A stretch of DNA of 63,442 nucleotides, counting the filler, from Saprolegnia diclina VS20 (taxonomy: Eukaryota), in the NCBI RefSeq assembly GCF_000281045.1. It is 11 parts of 3 records of this genome, joined end to end, with 100 filler letters (N's around TTAATTAATTAA, not from the genome) between each part and the next. Parts side by side here need not be neighbours in the genome. Positions count along the whole stretch, not along the records: positions 42,640 to 52,339 come from NW_008246126.1; positions 52,440 to 54,587 come from NW_008246126.1; positions 54,688 to 57,880 come from NW_008246126.1; positions 57,981 to 59,576 come from NW_008246126.1; 7 more parts are not named here. The stretch is one strand, 5' to 3'. Below, one piece after another: positions 47,068 through 58,904 of this stretch (the first letter of the stretch is position 1; the number at the start of each line of letters is the position of its first letter). A program made the position numbers and the translations under genes. Below the pieces are notes generated by a model, which did no database searches, had not been told where the DNA came from, and saw only the letters and a list, made by a program, of their open reading frames with translations.

Positions 47068-48788
47068 ATGACTGGACCCCCTCCCACACCCAACACGCTT
47101 ACCGAGCCCCTCGCCGACACACCCATGCGCCGTTCTCGTACGTCAATGCGCGGCTTCGGTCCGAGTTTAAGGTCCGAGACTTGTAGGGTTCTCGATCAAG
47201 TGGATTCTTAGCGTCGTCGGCGTTGTCGGTGCCGTCTGCATCACAGTCGGTGCCCTCTACGCCTTCAATGCGCCAGAGCCCAACCACGCCGGCGAAATTG
47301 TGTCCCAGATCCAGCAGTCCCCCGGTCTCCGCGTCCAGATCCAAGCCAAGCGCTCCAGCATGGCCTTCAACGGCCAGACCTCGGCGACGGTCTATGTCAT
47401 TCCGCGCACCGGATCGGGCACCAACCTCAAGTTTGACGCGTACTTGTCGCAGCCGGGACCGGACGTGACGGCCAACTACGTCCTCTTGAACGACCGCGCG
47501 TACTGGTCGACCATTCAAGGTAACACAACGACGGACGCGGGCTGCTTGGACGCCTCTCAATTCCCGCCCGTCCAGCTCGTACGTACCGCTTTATCTGTTG
47601 CAAAACGTAATGCGTCTGTGTTAGATGCAAGCGAGTCTCGCGGACGCCATTGTTGTCGCCAACGCCAATGGCCAAACGGTCGACTGTCCGTCAGGCAAGC
47701 TTCTGCAACTGCAATTTGCGGGCGAGACGTTTATCTTTTGCAATTCCGAGACCAACAAACTCACAAACGCCGTGGGCACAGACCTCGACATGACGATCGA
47801 GTACCTGACCGACCCGACGCTGCTGCCCGATTTTGACGTGCCGCAGGTGGTCGGGAAGGCGCCGTTGAACTGCCCGGTCGTGGTTACGGATACTGCGGTG
47901 CGCAGTAGCGAGAGTCTCCGGACCGCAACTCCCGAGTGGTTTGGTTCGTCATCGTGCGGGTGCAAGGGCCCGAAAAAGCCATGTTTGTTTGTCCACGGTG
48001 TCGGCGAAAAGTCGAGTGCGGCGCCAACATCAACGTTCGCGGAATCGTGGGGCGACGTCCAGAAGCACGCGCCGTGCTGCTCGAGCGTCAAGTTTGCCCA
48101 CTACGAGTCGGTGACACGGGCGTGGAACAACCCGTCGACGCAAGTCGAGTTTTGCGACACGGCGCTCAAAGTCGGCACGTCGGGTGGCAAGACGATCGAC
48201 AACATGATCTTGGTGACGTTTTCGATGGGCAACCTCGTCGCGTCCGGTGCCGTCGCCAGCGGCAAGTGCAACATCGGCAAGGGCGTCACGTGGGTCTCGA
48301 TCGGCGGCCCGATGCAAGGTAGTAAGGCAGCCAATCTCCTCGAGCAAAAGTGTGCTGGCAACGGCTGGGACATTGTGCTCAAGGGCATCCTCAGTCTCAT
48401 TGGCTACTGCCCCGCGACGCCCGCGTACCTCAACATGCGCCACCAAAACACGGCAAATGCGGCCCTTGTCAGCGACTACCAAGCGGCTCAGCGTGTGCGT
48501 CAGCAGTATGTCACCAAGGTTCTCTGCGGCGTCAGCTCGTTTGGCTTGGTGTCAACGGACGCGATTGCGCTCTCGGTTGTCGGCGCTCTCGTCAAGCACG
48601 ACACCCAGCACGACGGCGTCGTCGACTTCAACAGCTGCAGCGTCGGCGTCGGCGGGTTTCAAACAAGCGCGAGCTCGAGCGCCAACTACAAGGCGTCGGT
48701 AAACCACCTCGACACGTCGTTCCGCCACGGTGACGGGTGGTGGGGTGCTGACCGCAAGCCACTCAAGTGGTTCGAGTGCGCGCTCTAA
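47068..48788 (+). CDS. Same family, copy F, complete, two introns (~47138-47186 and ~47578-47624)
   Basis: MTGPPPTP.../FSIKWILSVVGVVGAVCITVGAL, TFSMG, HDGVV, NHLD, KWFECAL*; INR-FPR GCTCACTTTTCAATTCG at 47033. Confidence 0.85.
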
Positions 48789-50264
48789 TGTCGTATGAAC
48801 CAAGGCCAGGTAGCATTGGTTGTCATTGGTGCTCCCGGAGTATCAACTCAATGTTTTGTTCTCCCTTTGACTTTGTACCGTTATGATTGAAGCCACGAGT
48901 GTTTGGGTTGCAGGCGAGACGAGCTTTGGACACCGGCGCTGATTCGCCTTCCGTATCATATCGTTGCTGGTAGCCTTCGCCAGTGCGGTTGAGGTCGGTT
49001 AGCGCTCGTGCGGTGGTTTTCTACTTCGCATGCAGAAAGTGCGGGGTTCCTTGTCCGTGGGTGCCGTATTTTCTTCGCTACTCATTGGCGCTGACATCTG
49101 GGTCACCATGGCTGTTCTAAGCCTACGTGTCGATTGAGGATGTTCAATCAACGGGAAGCTTGAGGCCGACATCTTGAGCAAGGCGCAGCCAAGACTGACG
49201 GCACGTCTCCAACATGTTGTCGCATACTAGTAGGCTCTCACGACCTTCAAAAACGTGCTTAGCAGCTGAGTTGGCACTCTTGGAAGACACGGACGTGGCG
49301 GGAATCGCGAGGAAGTCCATCGTCATTTTGTGCATGACCCGGATACTTCCGATTCGGAAGTATCACGTTGGCACCCAACGTGGAGCTTTGACATAATACC
49401 CAGCCCGCATGGCGGTACGTACTGCTTTCGCATCTAGTAGCGACTGTGCAATTGTGCACGCAGCTACAATCACGTTTAGAAACAAGCCGCGATGTACCGG
49501 TGGTCCGGGCAACAAAAGAAACGGTCTCGACGGTTCAACTAGAGAATTGCACTCATGTACACACTAGTGTTGTGCTGCGCAGGAGTCGGGGTGCACGCTA
49601 ACGACGCCACCTGCGCTAACGGTGGACGCATTAGTCTCGCTAACTACGTGTTTCGCGCCTGCAAGGAGTCGAATTGGTATTTTCACGAGGCCTGCGTTTT
49701 AGTTTTCGATCTCCGTTTAGCAACCCGCCACGTCTCACCCGAGGTGCAACGGTAATGCAGGCTTGCACCCTTTTCCCCTGACATGTGAAATAAACGAAAT
49801 CTGAGTACTGGAAACTACTGCTGGACAATACATTAGCACGTCTCCAAATAGTCACGTATCCAACCCATCAAACGATGGGAATCACTGCGTCGATCAGAGA
49901 TTGTCACGAAGTTGCAAAACTGATGCATAAATACCAGGGAAAAGCCGACTTTAAGCTCGAAAAAGTAATAGACGTTCACATAGAGTGCGTAAATATTGCG
50001 CTGCCGTCACTGCGAGTGTCGTGAGGGTCGTCATCCATTCTTTACACGGCCGAATCAGATGTGACTTTCGACCCAAACGGCAGTCACCAATGCAACCACG
50101 ACACAACCAGCAACTATGTTCGCATGCTTGCATAACTTTTATCTTCCTAGAAGAGTGGCCGTCTACTTATTCTGCCGCGTTGCCCATTCACATTCGCTCG
50201 CAGCGTCGCGCATTGTAAAACATGTTCCAGCACCTCGCTCGTCACTTTTCATTTCGCCTCCAAC

Positions 50265-51906
50265 ATGGCCAACGACACCGTCGCGACGCCGACGCATCTC
50301 GACGATACGCTTCTCACGACGCCGCCGACGCCCAAGCGCTGGTCGCAACGGATGCTCGCTNNNNNNNNNNNNNNNNNNNNNNNNNNNNNNNNNNNNNNNN
50401 NNNNNNNNNNNNNNNNNNNNNNNNNNNNNNNNNNNNNNNNNNNNNNNNNNNNNNNNNNNNNNNNNNNNNNNNNNNNNNNNNNNNNNNNNNNNNNNNNNNN
50501 NNNNNNNNNNNNNNNNNNNNNNNNNNNNNNNNNNNNNNNNNNNNNNNNNNNNNNNNNNNNNNNNNNNNNNNNNNNNNNNNNNNNNNNNNNNNNNNNNNNN
50601 NNNNNNNNNNNNNNNNNNNNNNNNNNNNNNNNNNNNNNNNNNNNNNNNNNNNNNNNNNNNNNNNNNNNNNNNNNNNNNNNNNNNNNNNNNNNNNNNNNNN
50701 NNNNNNNNNNNNNNNNNNNNNNNNNNNNNNNNNNNNNNNNNNNNNNNNNNNNNNNNNNNNNNNNNNNNNNNNNNNNNNNNNNNNNNNNNNNNNNNNNNNN
50801 NNNNNNNNNNNNNNNNNNNNNNNNNNNNNNNNNNNNNNNNNNNNNNNNNNNNNNNNNNNNNNNNNNNNNNNNNNNNNNNNNNNNNNNNNNNNNNNNNNNN
50901 NNNNNNNNNNNNNNNNNNNNNNNNNCTTGCCGACCCGACGTCGCTTCCGGATTTCACGATTCCTCACGTCGAGGGTCAGACAGCGCTGTCGTGTCCCGTC
51001 GTCACGGTGGCAGCACCTGCGCCAGCACTGCGCGTTCAGGCGCAGGAAGCGGTCGCTGTGGTATCTGGCACCAGTGTCGGCGAAGCGACGTGCGCATGCA
51101 AGGGCAAGAAGAAGCCGTGCTTGTTCGTGCATGGTGTCGGCAACAAGGACTCGTCGGCTCCGACGCCGACGTTCAGCGATACCTGGGGCGACGTCCAGAA
51201 CAGCGCGCCGTGCTGCTCGAGCTTCGCGTTCGCGCACTACGAGTCCGTGCGTCGTGGCTGGACGCGTCCGGAAGTGCAGACCGAGTTCTGCAACACGGCG
51301 CTAAGCATCGGCACGTCGGGTGGCAAGACGATCGACAATGTGATCTTGGTGACCTTCTCGATGGGCAACCTCGTCGCCGCCGGTGCTATCGCCAATGATG
51401 TGTGCAAGCTCGGGGACGGTGTCACATGGGTCGCGATCGCGGGTCCGATGCAGGGCAGCAAGGCGGCCAATTTGCTCGAGAAGAAGTGCTCAGCCTGTGG
51501 CATGGATGGGGCTCTCTTCGGCCTCTGTCCGGTTACCGAGCCGTACTTTCAGATGAAGGCCGAAGACACGGTCGACGCGAACTTGAAGAAGGCGTTCCAG
51601 GACGCGCAGACTGCCCGGAAGCGCGCCAACAAGGTCCTGTGCGGCATCAATTCGTCGGGACTGGCATCGCTGGCTAGCCCGGTGCTCTCTTCCATTGGGG
51701 CGGAGGCGTTCCCGCCGGGCACGCTCCAGGACGGCGTTGTTGACTTTGACAGTTGCAGCGTCGGCTTCAGTAAGTTTTCGACGGACGCCGAGGCCGGTGC
51801 CAACTACAAGGCGAGCATCAACCACTTTGATACGTCGTTCCGCAACGGCGACGGTTGGTGGGGCGCCGACCGCATGCCCGTCAAGTGGTTCGAGTGCGCA
51901 CTCTAA
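50265..51906 (+). CDS. Same family, copy G (internal N gap 50361-50925)
   Basis: MANDTVATP...; after the gap LADPTSLPDF, KPCLFVHG, TFSMG, QDGVV, NHFD, KWFECAL*. Confidence 0.8.
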
Positions 51907-52271
51907 GTCGATAGAGCGTTCCAGGTGTACAGCACGTCACTGTACTGTCCAAGGTTGTGACGGCGCGTAAAGTACCACCGCTGCAACATACTATTTCGAC
52001 GTTCGGTGACGTGCTTTCCAATGTACCGTAATACAAGTGACGCTGTCCATACTGGTATCGTTGCACTCCAAAAAGAATTATTCGTATTCCCTTGACGTGC
52101 CCGGCGCCAGTTGAATCACACTTGCATAATAGCTGGTGGGTTGCGCCACTGGTTATCTTTAATTGTCTCTCTGCATGATATGGATCCATATCATGCGCTG
52201 GATTGCGTCCCATCGCCTCAGGCTGTTGAGGGACGAACACATATGTTTTTCGTTCATTCTTCAGAATCTTT

Positions 52272-52272
52272 G

Positions 52273-52339
<67 letters not shown>
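52272..52339 (+). repeat. (AGAT)n microsatellite, about 16 units, running into a gap
   Basis: Direct inspection. Confidence 0.95.
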
Positions 52340-52439
52340 NNNNNNNNNNNNNNNNNNNNNNNNNNNNNNNNNNNNNNNNNNNNTTAATTAATTAANNNNN
52401 NNNNNNNNNNNNNNNNNNNNNNNNNNNNNNNNNNNNNNN

Positions 52440-53368
52440 TTTGCCGGCGAGAAGTTTGTCTTTTGCAACTCCAACACCAACCAGCTCACCAAAGCCGTTG
52501 GCGCGAACATTGACATGACGATCGAGTACCTTGCCGACCCGACGTCGCTTCCGGATTTCACGATTCCTCACGTCGAGGGTCAGTCGGCGCTGTCGTGTCC
52601 CGTCGTCACGGTGGCAGCACCGGCGCCAGCACTGCGTGTCCATGCTCCCGAAGCGGCTGCATTAGTGGCAGGCGCCAGTGTCGGCGAGGCGACGTGCGCA
52701 TGCAAGGGCAAGAAGAAGCCGTGCTTGTTCGTGCACGGTGTCGGCAACAAGGACTCGTCGGCTCCGACGCCGACGTTCAGCGAGAGCTGGGGTGACATCC
52801 AGAACAGCGCGCCGTGCTGCTCGAGCGTCGCATTCGCGCACTACGAGTCCGTGCTTCGTGGCTGGACCCGGAAGGATGTTCAAACCGAGTTTTGCAACAC
52901 GGCGCTCAAAGTCGGTACCTCGGGCGGCAAGACGATCGACAACATGATCTTGGTGACCTTCTCGATGGGCAACCTCATCGCGAGTGGTGCCTTTGCCAAC
53001 GGCACGTGCAACATCGGTAGCGGCGTCACGTGGGTCTCGATCGCGGGTCCGATGCAGGGCAGCAAGGCCTCGAATTTGCTCGAAGAGAAGTGCACGTCGG
53101 GCGGGTGGAGTGCGACGCTCGGCGTTTTCGGCTACTGCCCGGCGACGGAGTCGTACCTGCAAATGAAGTACCAAGACACGGTCGACGCGAGCTTAAAGAA
53201 GGCGTACCTGGACGCGCAGACGGCTCGGAAGCGCGCCAACAAGCTCATGTGCGGCATCAAATCTTCGGGCCTGGCATCGACGGACGGCGCGGCACTTGCT
53301 CTTGTGGGCTCGATGGCGTTCAAGGATGGCTCCCTCCACGACGGCGTCGTCGACTTCAATAGTTGCCG
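52440..53368 (+). CDS. Same family, copy H, partial, close paralog of G
   Basis: FAGEKFVFC, IEYLADPTSLPDF, KPCLFVHG, TFSMG, HDGVVDFNSC, then a chimeric contig end. Confidence 0.75.
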
Positions 53369-54687
53369 CGATGGGCAACCTCGTCGCCGCCGGTGCTATC
53401 GCCNNNNNNNNNNNNNNNNNNNNNNNNNNNNNNNNNNNNNNNNNNNNNNNNNNNNNNNNNNNNNNNNNNNNNNNNNNNNNNNNNNNNNNNNNNNNNNNNN
53501 NNNATGTAACCGTTTTGCACGATTTTCAAGAAGTTCGTATTCAAATCGCGTCATAGTCACGTGAGGTGGCTAGTATTAATACGTCATTACACAGCGCAAA
53601 GACTCACCACATTAAATGTAGGAATCTTCTCGTTGGTATAGAACCGACTGGTACGACTGTTCACTGAGAATGAGTTGCACGCGTAACAAGGCCATCTACG
53701 TTGACGACAAAAACTGGGCACTGTAATGGACGGTTCTAGAAACGAGTAGCCATGATAACCACTCTGTTGTGCAAAGCACAAGCGGCGTCACACATCAATC
53801 ATGACGACGTGCCGTGCTGCCAGCCTCTTTGTGGTTCTCGAGATGCCCACGTCGTCGTAGACACGCGATGACCGTGCATCTGGCCAATCAAGGCGTGTCA
53901 GGCGTATCATGGCACGCGCACATGGCCCGGCCACGCACAGCCAGCGGTGCTGGCAGAAGGTACCGGTATTGTGTCGCGGTCGAGGAGATTCATCGAATCA
54001 GAACTGATTGCACAGCTGTTAAAAACAAGTGGGTGCAAACATACAGCTGGGTGTCCAGAGACATCACGGCTCAGCAGCTCGTGTCTGAAATACTCACCAA
54101 CGCACCTCTGCGTCTCTTCATCGCAGCATTCAAGCTTGTCCCCACGATCGATCCCGGTTTCGAGATATGTTCTTTGTAATCGTTCAAGAAGTGCAGGATC
54201 TGGCGCCGCAGACTGAGCAAATGCTCTCCACCGCGGCGTGCCAGTTCAACGCATGGTCACTGTTCTTCGAGTCAGCTGGTTGAAACCGCCAACTTAGACA
54301 GGCGCACACAGTGGTCCTGACGTTTCTTCCCGTCAAGTAAACAAGGCCTACCGGCGGATTTACGTCCATGATGTAGTCGTCGTAGTACTTTTCTTGTTGG
54401 TACAACTGCCAAACTGCAGAGTGCTGCCCTCCGACCTTGTACGTTTGCTAGGTTTTCGATTGCTTCATTCTCTGCAGGCCCATCTGCAATGTCCGACGGT
54501 TACTGTATACACTTTAGATACGGTAGATAGGCATCAGCCAAGTTGAACCTCGAGCCATGTATCTGCCCCTTCCCTTTCTACGCTCGCNNNNNNNNNNNNN
54601 NNNNNNNNNNNNNNNNNNNNNNNNNNNNNNNTTAATTAATTAANNNNNNNNNNNNNNNNNNNNNNNNNNNNNNNNNNNNNNNNNNNN

Positions 54688-55348
54688 GTCAAAAACCAGG
54701 TCAAAGCGGTTGGCCCACTCGGGGTCCGTGATCGACTGCGACGTGTAGTCGATGACGCGGTCAGCACCCAGTGAGAGCACGAGCTCTTCGTTGGCCTTGG
54801 AGCAGACGCCGACGACCTCACGCGCGCCGAGACCCTTGGCGAGCTGGATCGCAGCCGTGCCGCAGCCACCACTGGCGCCAATGACAAGAACCGACTGGCC
54901 TGCTTGGAAGCCGTGCTTGGTGAGGGCCTGGTACGCCGTCACAAACGTCGTAGGTAGGGCCGCGCCGCGAACATACGAGAACGACGCTGGCAGCAGCGCC
55001 AGCTTGGAAGCTTTGCAAATAGCGTGCTCGGCAAGAGACCCATTCGTGCTGCCAAAGACTCGGTCGCCGACGGCAACAGTCGTCACGTCCGGGCTCACGG
55101 CCGTCACGACCCCGGCCAAGTCGAGACCGACGCCCTTGCCTTGCATCAAGAGCGCGGGCAGCTTGTAGTCTACATGGTATGCGTAAATATGTGGTATGGA
55201 CCTGAGACGACAGTGTACCAATAGGGTTGAGGGATGCCGCCTTGACCTGCACGACGACACTGTCCTTGGCACCGACCACTGGCTTGGTCGCGTCGGGGTT
55301 GAACCAGCGACCGTTGGCCGCAAAGATGCTGTAGAGCACGGCGCGCAT
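54688..55348 (-). CDS. Zn-independent MDR/NADPH:quinone oxidoreductase (RTN4IP1-like), copy 1, 5' part
   Basis: VVVQVKAASLNPI/DYK, GLDLAGVV, VGDRVFG, GSLAEH, VLVIGASGGCGTAAIQLAK, LGADRVIDY. Confidence 0.85.
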
Positions 55349-56458
55349 GTTGAATGGAATTGGAAAATGAAGACGACATGCAACTCGTTGGCGTGCGCTC
55401 TCGGGCGCGCTCCGAACGCACACGCGGGATCATGCGCGCATGCAGTGTCCGTAATGTGGATGTCGCGCCGAATCGGTATCCGGATGGCATACAAATGACA
55501 AGTGTACGAAGCCAGCGGTTGCGTGGTTTTAGCGTATCATGCCAAAGATGACTTGATCATGCGGATGCGACTAATCGAGCGAGGTCAACCCAACTTGGAC
55601 AAGGAATGCTTGTTGTGTCAGTACAACACAGGGCATGTTGATTGAGTCGCTGCTGAAGTCGGCTGGCCGAATGCTTGTCTGTAGCGAGGCAGCTTAGGCA
55701 GGCGATTTGCTGAAGGGGTAGATATTCTACAATCAAACATCGATCGAGAGCTAGTCCGAGGTAACCGAGGTATACGAGCTGGGAGGAATGCGGATTGTCG
55801 AGCTATGTGCGCCTGTTACGCTCAATGTGGCATGCTCTTTAGTAAATATGCAAATGGTCGCAGCAACTCGAGTATGCCACATTAATCGTCTTGTCTGTAT
55901 GAACTACCTGATGGGCCTATGTGCGTCCTAAACAGGGTAAGTGTGCCGTGTAGTTGCTGTCGCAGCGCATTACTGGTACCAATGGATAAGTCACTGGGCT
56001 GCAGGCGCGTTGGCTGAGGATTTTTCATCGTCTACGTGGGTGTGTTGTGTCTTGGAGATCTGCGTCTCGAGTGCCGGGGCTGTCACCGGCGCAGCACGTT
56101 TGGGTGCGGCGTTGCAGGTTTGCTGCAGCCTTTTCGCTGCGTTTGTCGGGCGGGCCTTCCGTTGCTTTTGATGCTCTTTGTTTTGTGTTGCAGAAACTTT
56201 CTCTTTGCTCGTCATGCACAACAAGGGCATTCTATTGACCTCTGATGGGCAATGACCACCAAGCGACAATCAATTTGTTTGAATTGCTACACGCTGTCCA
56301 ATCCGAGTACTCTAGACCTACAATTTCAACCAATCAAATCAAACCGACTGACACTCCTGGTGCATTAGTAAACAGAGGTTTCCAACTGCCAGTATCAAGT
56401 TTTAAAGTACTCGCCCGCTGCGCTTGCCAGCTCATTTCCCGTTGCACCTTTTCTTACG

Positions 56459-57050
56459 ATGTCGTCCGATACGAAAGGCACGGCCGCGCATGCGACGAGC
56501 CACGGTAAGCAAGAGCCAGTCCGTGCTCCATCAGCTCCTTGGACTACGCCGTGCTGCCCCCCAGCGGAACTCAGCAGCATCGAAGACGAAGAAGATGCCG
56601 ACACTGACGTTGCCGCCATTACGCCTCCGGTCAAGAGCCTCAACAAGAAGCCCCCTGCAATGGTCGAGTCGCGCATGACGAACGCGCTTGTCAGTGCTCA
56701 TGGAACCACGCCCACGATTCTAATGCCATACTGCATGCTACTAGGTCTTTGACCTCCATACATTTCTACAAACGTCCCAAGCGGAGGCGGCATACACCGC
56801 CCTGTGGTCGCTGGTCGCACTTGGAAAAATGCTGCCCACGGCGATGGTCTTCTCGGAGTGCCTCGATGTCGCGGAGAACTCGGACTCGTCGTACAAGAAG
56901 ACGGTCGAGATCTGCGCGTTGCTCACCGACTAGTACTTTTTTGACTGCGCGTCGCTTGGCCACGTCATGCCCGAGTACCCCGACAAATGGGAAACCGTGG
57001 GTGCACGCTTGCGGACCATTGCGACCATTCCCATGGACGACACTTGGCAC
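56459..57050 (+). pseudogene. Hypothetical gene with one in-frame TAG at 56931, cut by gap
   Basis: INR GCTCATTTCC at 56430, ATG 56459, intron ~56690-56744; the coding-like frame continues past the TAG (..LLTD*YFFDCASLGHVMPEYPDKW..). Confidence 0.4.
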
Positions 57051-57210
57051 NNNNNNNNNNNNNNNNNNNNNNNNNNNNNNNNNNNNNNNNNNNNNNNNNN
57101 NNNNNNNNNNNNNNNNNNNNNNNNNNNNNNNNNNNNNNNNNNNNNNNNNNNNNNNNNNNNNNNNNNNNNNNNNNNNNNNNNNNNNNNNNNNNNNNNNNNN
57201 NNNNNNNNNN

Positions 57211-57565
57211 TCGTGCTCTCACTGGGTGCTGACCGCGTCATCGACTACACGTCGCAGTCGATCACGGACCCCGAGTGGGCCAACCGCTTTGACCTGGTTT
57301 TTGACACGGCATTGGTGGCAAAAGGCAGTCCAGGGTACCTCGACGATGCGCAACAGGTGCTCACCGAGCGCGGCACGTACGTGTCGATCAATGGCAAGTT
57401 GATGACGTGGCTGCGTCACTTTCTCGGCCTTGGTCAGTCACGCCCCAATGTGCATTTACTGGTTGCCGATCCACGAACACCGGGGTTCAATGCTGTGGTC
57501 GGCATTCTCGAAGCGCAGCAGGTCACGCCCGCCATCGACAGCATCCACCCGTCACTTGGCACTGG
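57211..57565 (+). CDS. 3' part of a quinone oxidoreductase, probably the misplaced end of copy 1 (end approximate)
   Basis: First ~95 nt are the reverse complement of ~54688-54783; continues GTYVSING...VTPAIDS. Confidence 0.65.
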
Positions 57566-57980
57566 TAGGTCGTTTGTATCTTTACCTGCGCTCAGAGCTC
57601 GTTGGATGTGTAGGACGCTGATCGTGTTGCGCTTCATTGTCTATATTTTGTACCGCGACGCGGCTATCCTCCAATCGCGGGACGACGGGAGCTCTTCGTG
57701 AAAAACAGTCTAGTTAGCGGGCACTACATGTGGCAAACAATGCGCCGAACAGCTTGTGTCGCGAGCAATGTCAGCCAGTCTTCTTGTTTTGTTGTAACGT
57801 TACCATTGTACACGGCGTTGTGATGTCCAAAAATCGAGGTTCGAGGCCGTACTGCATTGGCCCTGCACCTTTTCATGCTTNNNNNNNNNNNNNNNNNNNN
57901 NNNNNNNNNNNNNNNNNNNNNNNNTTAATTAATTAANNNNNNNNNNNNNNNNNNNNNNNNNNNNNNNNNNNNNNNNNNNN

Positions 57981-58904
57981 GGCGTAAACGGAAACACGCT
58001 GTCAATGATGGGCTTGACATTTTGCGCCTCCAGAATGTCGGCGACGGCCTTGAAATCGACCGACTTTGGGTCCGCCAGCAGCAAATGCACGTTCGGACGG
58101 TATTGGCCGAGGCCCAAAAAGTGACGCAGCCACAACGAAATCTTGCCGTTGATGGCCACGTACGTGCCCTTCTCGTTCAGGACCGTCTGCGAGTCGACGA
58201 GGTAATCTTCGCCGCCACCGGAGGCCGACGCCGCGTCGTAGACAAAGTCAAAGTGCTGAACCCACTCGGGGTCCGTGATCGACTGCGTCTTGTAGTCGAT
58301 GACGCGGTCGGCGCCCAGCGAGAGCACGAGCTCTTCGTTGGCCTTGGAGCAGACGCCGACAATCTCACGCGCGCCGAGACCCTTGGCGAGCTGGATCGCA
58401 GCCGTGCCGCAGCCGCCGCTGGCGCCGAGGATGAGGAGCGACTGGCCCGCCTTGAACCCATGGTTGACAAGCGCCTGGTAGCCAGTGATGTAGGTCGTCG
58501 GCAAGGCGGCGCCTTCAATAAAGGTGAGCGACGCCGGGAGGATTGTCAGCGTTGAAGCTTGGCAGAGTGCGTGTTCTGCCAGCGACCCATGCGTGCTGCC
58601 AAAGACACGGTCGCCAACCGCCAGCGTCGTGACATCGGGGCTCACGGCCGTCACAACGCCAGCAACGTCAAGACCGACGCCCTTGCCTTGCATGAAAAGC
58701 GCCGGCAGCTTGTAATCTAACATGAGAGGATGCAATGTTGAGCGTGCCGGGCAAAGCGGAAGGCTTCGACGTACCGACGGGGTTGATGGCCGCAGCCTTG
58801 ACCTGCACGACGACGCTGTCCTTGGCGCCGACCACCGGCTTCTTGGCCTCGGGGTTGAACCAACGACCGTTGGACGTAAAGAAGCTGTAGAGCACGGCGC
58901 GCAT
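57981..58904 (-). CDS. Quinone oxidoreductase, copy 2 (3' end in gap), one intron
   Basis: MRAVLYS..., AAINPV/DYK, GLDVAGVV, LILGASGGCG, VKPIIDSVFPF. Confidence 0.88.

Noticed and set aside
50116..51906. Long ORFs crossing N runs
   Set aside because: Their length comes from X codons; only the flanking parts are real (copy G).
53369..53403. Apparent frameshift or new C-terminus of copy H
   Set aside because: These bases duplicate copy G ~51359-51393 (ATGGGCAACCTCGTCGCCGCCGGTGCTATCGCC) at a contig end, consistent with a chimeric assembly.
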